The position numbers were made by a program, and so were the translations under genes. The notes beneath the pieces were generated by a model. That model did no database searches and was not told where the DNA came from. It was given only the letters and a program-made list of their open reading frames with translations. Below are positions 22,211-31,858 of a stretch of 64,000 nt of DNA, piece by piece; the first letter of the stretch is position 1, and each line of letters begins with the position of its first letter. This DNA comes from an uncultured Methanomicrobiaceae archaeon (GTDB taxonomy: Archaea > Halobacteriota > Methanomicrobia > Methanomicrobiales > Methanoculleaceae), in NCBI GenBank assembly GCA_963826525.1, contig CAWGXH010000004.1:256001-320000 (forward strand). The letters are read 5' to 3'.

Positions 22211-23356
22211 TTACATACCTGCGAGCAGAAGCGAGAAGAGAACGAGATCGTAGACGGTATGCACGATCGCCGAGGTCGTCGTATTCGAGTATGCCCGGAT
22301 ATACGCGAAGATAATGCCGGCGATAAAAACCGAGAGAAGGGCATCCCAGCCGTACTGGAAGGCGTGGAGCGACGCAAAGAGCAGCGCCGGAAGGAGCATC
22401 CCGAACCGGGGCTGGAGCAGGCCGCGGATGGAAACCTCCTCGCCGAGCCCGGCGGAGACGGAGGCGACGATTATCCCGAGCGGCGTAAGAAAACCGGCAA
22501 AGAGCATCCCGACCGCTTCACTGTCGGTGACCGGCCAGCCGAGGTATCCCCAGAGTGCGGCGATCACCGCGTCGACGGCGGTGAAGACGAGGACGAGGGC
22601 CAGCCCCGCTGCGACGGCGAGGACGATCTCTTTTCCGGTCGGGCGGAGAAGGCCGAGACGGATGAAGGTCTCGCGGGCACTCCGACGAACACATGCCCCG
22701 GCGATGATGAACGACCCGAGGAGCGTCCAGAAGAGGCTGTAGACATCGAGCTGTACCGAATCGGCGATGAGGTCTCCGGAGGCCGCGATGATGTCCATGA
22801 ACCCGGGCGAGAGGTACGGGGCGGTGCCCGTAACGAGGAGCGGCACCGGCGGGATGAGAATGAGGGCGATGATGACCACGAGCCCCATGGTATGGACGAA
22901 CGAGTCCGGGTTGAACGGGAGGTAGCGGCTCAGGCGGAGGCGGAACTCCCGCGAGAGGCCGACCAGACTGATGAGTGCGGCGACGAGAACCCCGAGCATC
23001 ATCAGGGCACCCTGGAGAAGCACCGCAGGGTCGAGCGTCTCCGGACTGGCGGCACCGGATTCTACCCATCCCGGGGGAACGACCGAGAGGATGCCGATCG
23101 CAGACGTTACCGCCCCGAGAGAGCCGATGAGGAGCAGGAGCCAGATGCCGGCGAGCCACCGGAAGGCCGGGTGCCGCCGCTCGCCGAGGCAGGCGAGCAG
23201 AGCCAGGACGACAAACAGCCCGACGTCGAGTGCCGAGACGAGGAACGATCCGGCCTCGCCCCCGACCGCTCCCGATACAGCGAGGAGGCCGACGAGGAGA
23301 AAGAGGGCAATCAGCCCCTCGGGGAGGTGGCGGTGGCAGAACTGCGTGGGTGTCAT
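22211..23356 (-). CDS. CPBP/CAAX (Abi) family intramembrane metalloprotease
   Basis: C-terminal part of the 891-aa ORF with EEVSIRG, FASLH and HTVYD motifs. ATG overlaps the MFS stop. Confidence 0.85.
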   Translation of the reverse strand: MTPTQFCHRHLPEGLIALFLLVGLLAVSGAVGGEAGSFLVSALDVGLFVVLALLACLGERRHPAFRWLAGIWLLLLIGSLGAVTSAIGILSVVPPGWVESGAASPETLDPAVLLQGALMMLGVLVAALISLVGLSREFRLRLSRYLPFNPDSFVHTMGLVVIIALILIPPVPLLVTGTAPYLSPGFMDIIAASGDLIADSVQLDVYSLFWTLLGSFIIAGACVRRSARETFIRLGLLRPTGKEIVLAVAAGLALVLVFTAVDAVIAALWGYLGWPVTDSEAVGMLFAGFLTPLGIIVASVSAGLGEEVSIRGLLQPRFGMLLPALLFASLHAFQYGWDALLSVFIAGIIFAYIRAYSNTTTSAIVHTVYDLVLFSLLLAGM

Positions 23357-24634
23357 GGTATCCGGGCTGGCCCCGTTTCCGGTGCTGAGTCTTCTGCAGG
23401 GGTTGTCCGGCTCTCCGATGAACCTGCCGGTCTCTCCCCATACCCGGGGCGCATGCCCCGCAACATGAAAAGCCCGACAATCCCCATCACGGCAAGAAGC
23501 GTCGCGTAGGAGAGGAAGATCGTGCGGGGCAGCAGGAGGCCCGCAAGCAGCGCTCCGGCAAACGGCCCTACGGCAAGCCCGACCGAGAAGAGGGTGTTGT
23601 AGATGCCGAATGCGATACCCTGCGCCCCCTCGTCGCGGTAGAGGTCGGCCATGAGCGGCATCGTCGGGATGAGAGCGAGACTCAGGGTGATCCCCATCAG
23701 GGAGACGGCAACGGCGATGAGGGGGAGATCGGGCATCATCATGGCAAGAGCGAGAGCGATACCTGAGAGGAAGAGTCCTCCGGTTACCAGTATCCGCCCA
23801 CCGTAGCGATCGGCCAGCCGACCGGCGAGGGGCTGTGTGACAACGCCGGCGAGCGCGAGCAGGCCGAGGACGAGTCCGACCATGGCCGGCGATGCGGCGA
23901 ACGAGTCGGCGAGGTAGACAGGAAGGTACGGCTCGATGATCCCGTAGGTTGCGGCAACGGCGACGATGGCCGCGGCGTACAGGGCGAGGTGGAGCCTGCC
24001 GGACTCCGGCAGCAGGGCGGAAGACCGGCGGGATGCCGGAGGGCGAAGCTCGAGCGGCAGGGTGAGTATCCCGAGCGCGACGAAAACCGCTGCAACGGAC
24101 GGGACGGCAAAGGTGAGAGCATAGCCGACGTGTTCGTAGAGGTATCCTCCGGCGATGGGGCCAATCACCATCCCGACGCCCATCGCCGACATCGTCACGC
24201 CCATCTTCCCACCGAGCTCGGTTCGATCGTAGGTATCGGCGAGGAGGGCAAGACCTGCCGACCAAGTGGCGGCGGCAGAGATGCCCTGAATGATCCTCGC
24301 GGCGATCAGGAAAAAGACTGTCGTGGCGAGGCCGAAGACGACGGTCGAGACGGCGAGGAGCGCCATCCCAACCAGAAGAACCGGTCGCCTCCCCACCCGG
24401 TCGGAGAGCATTCCCATCGGGACGCTGAAGAGAAACATCATGGCGGAGTACATGCCGAAGATGACGCCGACCATCACGTCGTCCGCCCCGAGCAGCCGGA
24501 TATACGACGGCAGTACCGGGATGACCAGACTGTAGACCGTCATATCCATGAAGATGACGAGGATCACGAGGAGCAGGACGGCTCTCCTGCCGGACGGTTC
24601 CTGCCGAGCCTCCTCTCACCGGGTTCTTTGCCAT
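23353..24634 (-). CDS. MFS transporter (DHA1-like); start uncertain (ATG 24634 via a frameshift, or GTG 24567)
   Basis: Motif A GMLSDRVGRRPV, ARIIQG, GPIAGG, GRLADRYG; about 12 TM helices. Confidence 0.85.
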
Positions 24635-24713
24635 CGTCGTCTGCTCCGCTCCGGCACCGGGACTCTCCCGGTCTGCTGGCGGGATCAGGTTGGCGTCCCG
24701 GAAAGATAGTCGT

Positions 24714-25565
24714 TTAGCGTGTTCCGCGATAGTAGGCGAGCTCCCGTGCGTATGGCCTGAATACATCGACGAGGAGGATCTGCTCTTCGTCGGAGAGGGG
24801 AGCCGCACCCCGGCCGGCGCTCGCGAGCGCCCGCACCTCCCCGGGGGTCGAGCAGCCGACGATCGCCACCGAGATCTCCTGAGCAAGGGCGTAGCGGATC
24901 AGGAGGTCGGCGGTGATGCCTCCGTCCGGGTCGAGGTAGTGCGACGCCCCGAGCACTTTCATGCCGATGACCGCCATCCCCTGCGCCCGTGCCGCAGGGA
25001 GCGTCGTATCGAGGAACCCGCCGAGCGCCCCTTCCACCGGGTTGACCGGCATCAGCACGGAGTCCACCGGCCAGTTCTCGACGGCGTAGGTCAGCACCGA
25101 GGGGTCGTGGTGGCCGGTGACGCCGATATTCCGGACAAGCCCCGTCTCCCGCGCCTCGACGAACGCACCGAGGGCACCGTCGGGAGCCTCGAGATCCCTC
25201 AGATCGGAGTACGATCGCACATCGTGGATCTGCCAGAGGTCGAGGTGGTCGGTCTTCAGCCTCGCGAGCGTCCGCTCGAGGGTGAGTTCCGCTCCCGCAC
25301 GATCGCGGTCAGCCGATTTACTCGTCTGGAAGGCCGCACTGCGCTGTTCGGGCTCGTTCGACCAGACATTTCCGTAGTACTCCTCGCTTTCCGCATAGGC
25401 CTCGGCCGAATCAAAATAGGTGATCCCTGCGGCGAGCGCTTCCCGTATGACCGCTTCTGCCTCCTTCTCCCTGCCGTACGTCCGCAGGACGCCTTCACCC
25501 CCGAGTCCCACAGCCGTGACCTTCCGGCCGGCCTTCCCAAATGTTCGCATCTCCAGTGCCGCCAT
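24714..25565 (-). CDS. Aldo/keto reductase
   Basis: GLGG, GITYFDSAEAY, LARLKTDHLDLWQIH, RNIGVTGH and IGMKV motifs. Confidence 0.9.
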   Translation of the reverse strand: MAALEMRTFGKAGRKVTAVGLGGEGVLRTYGREKEAEAVIREALAAGITYFDSAEAYAESEEYYGNVWSNEPEQRSAAFQTSKSADRDRAGAELTLERTLARLKTDHLDLWQIHDVRSYSDLRDLEAPDGALGAFVEARETGLVRNIGVTGHHDPSVLTYAVENWPVDSVLMPVNPVEGALGGFLDTTLPAARAQGMAVIGMKVLGASHYLDPDGGITADLLIRYALAQEISVAIVGCSTPGEVRALASAGRGAAPLSDEEQILLVDVFRPYARELAYYRGTR

Positions 25566-25684
25566 ACCGCATCGCCACCTCCTCGCCGTACCACCTCATA
25601 AAACCTTCAGCGCAAGGGTGCTCTCCCGACCGGGGGAAACGATTATCGGGAGCGGGGATCATGTCGGGAGGCGGTGGTATACCG

Positions 25685-26050
25685 ATGCCGACAGTCACCT
25701 GGTTTGACATACCTGCCGACGATACCGGACGGGCGCGAGCCTTCTACGGGACACTCTTCGGGTGGAAGGTAGAGCCGTTTCCCGGCGTTTCCCAGGAGGA
25801 TTTCTGGATGATCACGACCGGAGAGAATGCCGTAGGAGGCGACCTCTACCGGCGGGACGCTCCCGGCCGGACGATGACGATCTTCATCGACGTTCCGGAT
25901 GCGGAGGAGTTTGCAAAGCACGCAGTCCAGCTCGGCGGGGCGGTGCTCACCGAGAAGACCGCCATCCCCGGCAGAGGCTATTTTATCGTCTGCGAGGATA
26001 CCGAGAAGAACCGGTTCGGCCTCTGGGAGAGCGATCCCTCGGCGGGATGA
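25685..26050 (+). CDS. VOC (glyoxalase/bleomycin resistance) family protein
   Basis: WFDIPADDTGRARAFYGTLFGW and EDTEKNRFGLWE motifs. Confidence 0.85.
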   Translation: MPTVTWFDIPADDTGRARAFYGTLFGWKVEPFPGVSQEDFWMITTGENAVGGDLYRRDAPGRTMTIFIDVPDAEEFAKHAVQLGGAVLTEKTAIPGRGYFIVCEDTEKNRFGLWESDPSAG

Positions 26051-26138
26051 TCAGGGCGAAGCTCTGCATCCCTCTTTTTCCCTGCCGGGTATCCGGCCAT
26101 CAGAACGATTATGAGGAGCGGATGCGAGATGTACCGGC

Positions 26139-26591
26139 ATGGTAACGCTCGTTCTTGCCAGATGGTCGACCCGGTTCTGGGCGTGGCTCATCGATATCAT
26201 CCTTGTCGGCCTCCTCGGTTCCGTCATCTCCGGTCAGGTGGGATCACTCTTCCGCATTCCTCTGCTTCTCCCGGGGTTTGATGCCATCGGTCTTGACGGG
26301 CTGCTGCTCTTTCTCTACTGGACGGTGCTCGAGGGCTACCGGGGCCAGTCCATCGGAAAGATGGTCATGAATATCAGGGTCACGGGACGCACCGGAGAGG
26401 ATATCGGGTATGCCGCCGCAGCCATCGAGAGCTTTGGAAAGGCGTTCCTCCTCGTCATCGACTGTCTGGTCGGCTGGATCGGCATGCCGGGATCGAAACT
26501 GCGGCTCTTCAACCGCCTCTCAAATACGATTGTGATCGAGACGGAGTACCGCGAGCCGGAAGGGGTCAGTTACGTAAAACAGGATGAGTGA
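26139..26591 (+). CDS. RDD family membrane protein
   Basis: RFWAWLID, YWTVLEG, GQSIGK and RLFN..T.V motifs. Confidence 0.85.
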   Translation: MVTLVLARWSTRFWAWLIDIILVGLLGSVISGQVGSLFRIPLLLPGFDAIGLDGLLLFLYWTVLEGYRGQSIGKMVMNIRVTGRTGEDIGYAAAAIESFGKAFLLVIDCLVGWIGMPGSKLRLFNRLSNTIVIETEYREPEGVSYVKQDE

Positions 26592-26611
26592 GGCGACGGG
26601 CGGCAGACCCA

Positions 26612-27053
26612 TCACTCCTGCACTACCGGAAGACCCGCCGCCTTCCATGCTGTGATGCCGCCCTCGATCTCGTGGACCCGGGTGAAACCGGCATCCTGCA
26701 TCAGGCCAAGGACATTCCCGCTCCGGCCTCCCCCCTTGCAGTACCAGAAGGTACGTCGCATTCGGGTTCATCTCCCCGATATGGTCGGTGAACGAGGAGG
26801 AATCGACGTTGATCGCCCCGGCAAGGTGTTCGCCCGCATACTCGCCGGGTGTCCGGACGTCGACGACGATGAGATCGTCTCCGGCATTCGTCTCAATGAA
26901 CGTATGGGCCTCCTGTGGCGAGAGGGATACCGCCCCGGTTACCTCCTCTCCCCCGCCTTCTTCTCCTCCAAGGCCGCCTTCCGTACAGCCGGATGCCAGC
27001 ACCAGACCGGTGAGCAGAAGAAGGACCACCGTAATCCGCACAACCTCGTTCAT
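26612..27053 (-). CDS. Rhodanese-like domain lipoprotein; frameshift at ~26740
   Basis: Lipobox LASGC, DVRTPGEYAGEHLAGA. After the shift the frame reads YCKGG..., GGITAWKAAGLP. Confidence 0.8.
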
Positions 27054-27155
27054 GCCGATCATGAGGAGGAGCAGGCCTGCCGGATATAAGTAGATGCCGG
27101 TCAAGGCGGGGAGAAAGATATATAGCTGCTTCGCTCACCGGGGGGAGGAAAAGCC

Positions 27156-28142
27156 ATGAGAACCTTTGCAACACCGAACGTCGTGGTGAGCAGGTGCATA
27201 GAATTCGACCGGTGCCGTTATAACCAGGACGTCATCTCGAGCCCCGTCGTCCGGGCACTGAAAGACCACGTCAGGTTCTTCCCGGTCTGCCCGGAGATGG
27301 CGATCGGCCTCGGCGTCCCCCGCGACCCGATCCGGCTCGTCGCTCCCGGCGATGCCACGCGGCTTGTACAACCGGCGACCGGGAGAGATGTCACAGAGCA
27401 GATGGAAGCGTTTGCCGAAGCATTCCTGGAGTCAGTCCACGGGATCGACGGTTTCATCCTCAAGTCGCGCTCACCCTCGTGCGGCGTGCAGGACGTCCGC
27501 ATCTACGGGAACCCTCACGGAGCGGCTGCCGTCAGCCGCGACAGCGGGCTCTTCGCCCGCGAGGTGCGAAGACGCTGTTCGCACCTTGCTATCGAAGATG
27601 AAGGAAGGCTCCGGAATTACCGGATTCTGGAGCATTTCCTGACCAAACTTTTCACGCTTGCAGAACTGCGCGAACTCGGGATAACCCGCACGCATGCACG
27701 GCTCCGGGAGTTCCACAGAGGCCATACACTCCTCCTCCGGGCGTATAATCCCGGGGAAGAGGGCGTCCTCGAACGGATCGCGAAGGATCCGGCCATGCCG
27801 TTCGATACGGCCTATCGGGAGTACCGGGAGCATCTCTCCCGTGCTCTGTCTCACCCTCCGGATCTTGAGGCCTACGTCCGGGTGATGACCGATGTAATGC
27901 AGTCATTCTCGGAGCGGCTCTCCCCGGATGAGCGGGGTCTCTTCTCCGATGCCATACGGAAGTACCGGGCAGGAAAAACGTCACGCTGCCCGGTCGTCAC
28001 TCTTCTCAAGTCCTGGGTGGTGCGGTTCGGCGAACCCCTGCACCGGGAGCAGAGTCTCTTTGCCCCCTACCCGGATGCACTCATGGAGGTGGATGAAGAG
28101 CGATCCGATAGCGGACGGGATCTCTGGCAGGAGACGAGCTGA
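27156..28142 (+). CDS. DUF523 (2-thiouracil desulfidase TudS-like) + DUF1722 (YbgA) fusion protein
   Basis: SRC..RY, PVCPEMAIGLGVPR, LKSRSPSCG and EDEGRL motifs, followed by a DUF1722-like region ending FAPYP. Confidence 0.85.
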   Translation: MRTFATPNVVVSRCIEFDRCRYNQDVISSPVVRALKDHVRFFPVCPEMAIGLGVPRDPIRLVAPGDATRLVQPATGRDVTEQMEAFAEAFLESVHGIDGFILKSRSPSCGVQDVRIYGNPHGAAAVSRDSGLFAREVRRRCSHLAIEDEGRLRNYRILEHFLTKLFTLAELRELGITRTHARLREFHRGHTLLLRAYNPGEEGVLERIAKDPAMPFDTAYREYREHLSRALSHPPDLEAYVRVMTDVMQSFSERLSPDERGLFSDAIRKYRAGKTSRCPVVTLLKSWVVRFGEPLHREQSLFAPYPDALMEVDEERSDSGRDLWQETS

Positions 28143-28147
28143 TCGGA

Positions 28148-28868
28148 TCAGGGGGTATCCCCGAGTTCGAGCGTGGTCGCATCGCCGCCGAGCATTCTCC
28201 GGAAGGTCTCGGGCGTATCGAGGGCAACTATCTCTCCGCCGTCGACTATGGCAACGCGATCGCAGAGGGCGTCGACCTCTACCACATGGTGCGTCGTGAG
28301 AATGATCGTAACACCCCGTTCACGGTTCAGCCGTTTTAAGTAGTCCCAGATGCCTCGTTTCGAGAAGGGATCCTGGCCGCTCGTGGGCTCGGCGAGCAGG
28401 AGGAGTGTCGGGTTGTGAACAAGGCCCCGGGCGATCTCGAGTCGTTTGACCATGCCGGGGGTGTAGGTCCCGACCGGGGCGTCCGCAACCTCGACGAGCT
28501 CGCTCCGCCCGAGTATCTCGTTGATCCGGCGATCGCGGATCCCTTTTTCGATCCCGTGCAGGCGGGCATGGAAGTCGAGGTTCTCCCGTCCGGTCATCTT
28601 CGGATCGAGGACTTCCTCCTGAAAGACGACGGCAAGGCTCCGACGGACGTCGCCGAGGTTCCCGAAGATAGCGAACGGCGACTGTTCTGCAAAATCGGGC
28701 ATGGGGATCAGGAGGGTTGTGAGCATCGAGACAAGCGTCCGCTTGCCGGAGCCGTTCGGGCAGAGGAGCCCCAGAATTTCCCCTTTCTTGACGTCGAACG
28801 GGATAGGGCCGCACGCCCGCATCCTGTCCAGGTGCCGGATCGAGCTCTTCGACGGTTATGACGGTCAT
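28148..28868 (-). CDS. Orphan ABC-type ATP-binding protein (DrrA-like) with degenerate motifs; N-terminal frameshift
   Basis: GEILGLLCPNGSGK, TGRENL..HARL, RLEIARGL, EPT.G.D and ILTTH motifs. No permease gene adjacent. Confidence 0.75.
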
Positions 28869-29501
28869 GGTATTCCGGGGTCTCGTGTATGCTTTCGGTA
28901 TTCCTGAGAACGGCCTTCTCCGGGTTTAGATCAGAGCCGGGACACAAAAACCGATAAAATCGCGCATGAGCGGATTTCTCGGAACGGTTTTGCGAAACGT
29001 TCCCTGCCGTGGGCGGATTGAAGCCTGCGGCTGACTACCAATCTTTTTTAATTATGCATATTTATGCGTTTCGGATTGTCAAAGAGCAATTTTATGCCGT
29101 TTTATATTATAATAATCAAATTTGAGTGATTATTTTCCCCTAAGGACGATGAGAGGGGGTTGCCTGAATAAGGACAGGGGTACTGCTCCCTGCAGCCCGT
29201 CAGCCTCAGGCCCCCGGGGCTTCCCCTTACATACCCGCAATCCAGACAGAATCCGCCGGAAAAACCACCCTCACAGAAGCCCGTAGACGGCCGATCTCGA
29301 GGCGAGGCAGGGAATCCATCCTCTCAAGATTACTGCCCCTCATATTGTCATTATATCTCGATAAATTTTCCGTATTTCGAGAATCCGACAGATATGCTCC
29401 GATTAATCTATGTGCCCAAATCCGCCCTCTGAAACTTTCGTTGAAATCAAAAAAACGGCATTTTGCCCTTATTTAAGGGCTGAGGGAGGGGTGTTTTCCC
29501 C

Positions 29502-30522
29502 TCACGCCAGATCGTTGCGCCGGAGGAACTCCCGTATCCCCCGGGACTCGACCCATCCCTGATCGAGTTGCCTGACGATACCGTTGATCCTCTGCACCTG
29601 CTCCGGGACACTTGCAGCGGTCTTCGCGTCATCCATGAGATCCGCCCGTGCCATGATCACCTGGAGGGGGTGGCGGACATGGTCACCGAGGATGGCGAAC
29701 TGCTCCATGTTCTGTTCGATCTGGGTATATGCCTGCCGCCGGACCGCTTCGTGGTGTTTCCGCTCGGTGATGTCGTGGGCGACGACCGTCGCACCGAGCG
29801 GCCTCCCCTGCTCGTCAGCGGTGAACGTTACGTCCAGGACCACGTCGATCGTCCGTTTATCTTTCGTTTTTATTGAATATTCGACATTTCTATCCGGTTC
29901 TTCCCCGCTCATCCAACCGGCGATTCCGGCCTGGAGACGAGCCCTGCCCTCCTCATCCATAATATCGAACGGATCCATCGCAAGCAGCTCTTCCCGGCTG
30001 TACCCGAGCATCTGGCACATGACATCATTTACCGAGGTGAGTCTCCTGGTCCTGAAATCAATCTCATAGATCCCCGCCGGTGCATATCGGACGAGTTCAC
30101 TGTATTTCCGTTCGGCCACTTTGAGCGCTTCTTCTGCTCGTTTCCGCTCGGTGATATCCGAGAAGACGGCGACACCATACCGGGTTGCCCCTACCGGACA
30201 GGTGATGGGTGCAGCGCTGACCGCCACAAACCCGGTGGTACCGTCCGCCCGGACAAATGCGATATCCTTGTTTGTGACCAGCTCTCCCGTGGCGATCGAC
30301 CGGAAGAGCGGCCACTCGTCAGGGTATGGCCGTTCGTCAAGGTGAAACCCGATCTCTCCGAACCGCTCCTGTGCCTTGTCGGCGGGGAGGTGATGCTGCC
30401 ACAGGATGCGGTTGACCTGTTTATTGCCGAGGACGAGCCTTCCGGATGGTGCTTCTGCGACGACCACGCCGGCCGGCATCTGGTCGATCACCGCCCGGAG
30501 CATGGCACGCTCGGACTCCCGC
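29502..30522 (-). pseudogene. 5'-truncated PAS-domain sensor protein (2 PAS/PAC + HisKA-like tail without ATPase domain)
   Basis: DITERK motif twice, MLGYSREEL, NMEQFAILGDHVRHPLQ. Upstream sequence switches abruptly to transposase DNA. Confidence 0.7.
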
Positions 30523-30927
30523 TGCCTTGACCGGGAGTTCTACACGCGGAAGGTCTTTGGGTTTCTGACCCGGCTGCAGGTGCCGTTCATCGTCCCGGTC
30601 AGGAAACACGGCAAACGGATGAAAGAACTGTTGCAGGGGACGAAGAATCCGGTGATCCGGTATCTCTATGCCATTATCTCCTTCCTTCTGAGGAACGTCT
30701 GGATCGCTCTGTTGTGGAAGCACTTCTTTCCGGTGAGACAGGGCCCGAAAATCATCGATATGCGCGCCTTTCGATTCGACTGGTTCATTGTCATAATCTG
30801 GGAAGCTATCCGGGCATCAATGGGAATGGTGAAGGGAATTCCACTGTTCCGGCAGCCGATTTAGAGGAAGGAGGGTGAAAAGACGTTGAATAAAATGAGA
30901 GGGAGGAAGAAGTTAGCGATATTACCG
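30522..30927 (+). mobile_element. ISH3-like (IS4 superfamily) transposase remnant with internal deletion
   Basis: CLDREFY..V..FL...VPFIVP (DDE region) fused to TKNPVIRYLYAIISFLLRNVW (C-terminal region), stop at 30864. Possible right end GTTAGCGATATTACCG at 30912-30927. Family assigned from remembered motifs. Confidence 0.65.
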
Positions 30928-30929
30928 GG

Positions 30930-31663
30930 TCTTCGATTGCACGTTTGCACCCGTTTGCACACCTTTGCACCCGGGCGTGCAATCGGACACTCGGCGCTCA
31001 GGCGTTTTATACGGAAAAGACGGTTGTGGCGCCCGAATATCATCGACGTTTGCACTCATCCGGGATTCACAGCCATCGCTGCACCCACTACCCGCATCGT
31101 CGGGTAGGTTCTGTGGTTCCCCGGATGGGTGCACAATTACAGGAGTACCTGTACATATTTCTTTGTACTGTACTTCATTGCAAGAATAAACCCTGGAAAC
31201 GACGTTTTTCTGATTTGCACTTTTTCCAATTTTCGGGTGCAAACGGGGTGCAAAGGTGCAAACGTCAGAGCCGGGATCGTCCCGGTTCCCGGTTGCACCG
31301 TCCTCTTCCGCAATCCAGACCTCCGCCCTCGCCGACCACTGGCGGTATATCTCGTAATCGAATGAGAAGGTACTGTTCCCGCCGCTTGAGTTCAAGGCCG
31401 TACAGTTCCTCCACCACCGTCGCGTCGATGAGACTCACCGCCGGGCACTCCCCCGGGGCGGACATGCTTATATCGTTGCAGTGCCGAGTACCATTGGCGG
31501 TCCGGTGCATCCTGGTGCTGGAAACATGTGGTTGTGCCTGGCTGCCGCCGTAGATTCTTTTGTATCCTCTCTTCAATTCGGCCGGGACGTAGGTGCCCCA
31601 CTGCAACGGGTGCTTGCTCTGCGAAGGCGTCGATCGTCTCCCGGGTTCCGGGTTCGGTTTCAT
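30930..31663 (-). pseudogene. Decayed gene fragment, possibly the C-terminus of a mobile-element replication protein
   Basis: Broken ORFs (CPAVSLIDATVVEELYGLELKRREQY / FSFDYEIYRQWS) overlap the repeat cluster and lie beside the IS remnant. Function is inferred only. Confidence 0.35.
30935..31266. repeat. Iteron-like TTTGCAC repeat cluster (8 copies in two orientations) around an AT-rich core
   Basis: TTTGCAC at 30944, 30954, 30964, 31049, 31214; GTGCAAA at 31237, 31248, 31256. Confidence 0.8.
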
Positions 31664-31858
31664 GCGTAACCTCGCTGCTGCATTTCACGATGCACCGGCG
31701 TCTTCATGAGGAGCGACCCGTTCTGCGTGCACCGCTTGATTCAGCGTGGAAAACGCGGTTTAAAAAGGTGTGGGGAGCGCGGTAGAAGTGAACGGGAGCA
31801 GCTCCCGGGAAGACTCAAGTTATTTCATCATGGGCGACATGAAGAGGGAAGGATACCC

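Noticed and set aside
22211-24886. 891-aa ORF as one fusion protein
   Set aside because: The N-terminal part is an off-frame read of the MFS and AKR genes. Only 22211-23356 is the CPBP protease.
30935-31266. CRISPR array
   Set aside because: Repeats are only 7-12 bp, in both orientations, without regular spacers. No cas genes.
22060-31800. Intact provirus or ICE integrated at tRNA-Ser
   Set aside because: No integrase, structural or transfer genes, and no att duplication seen by eye.
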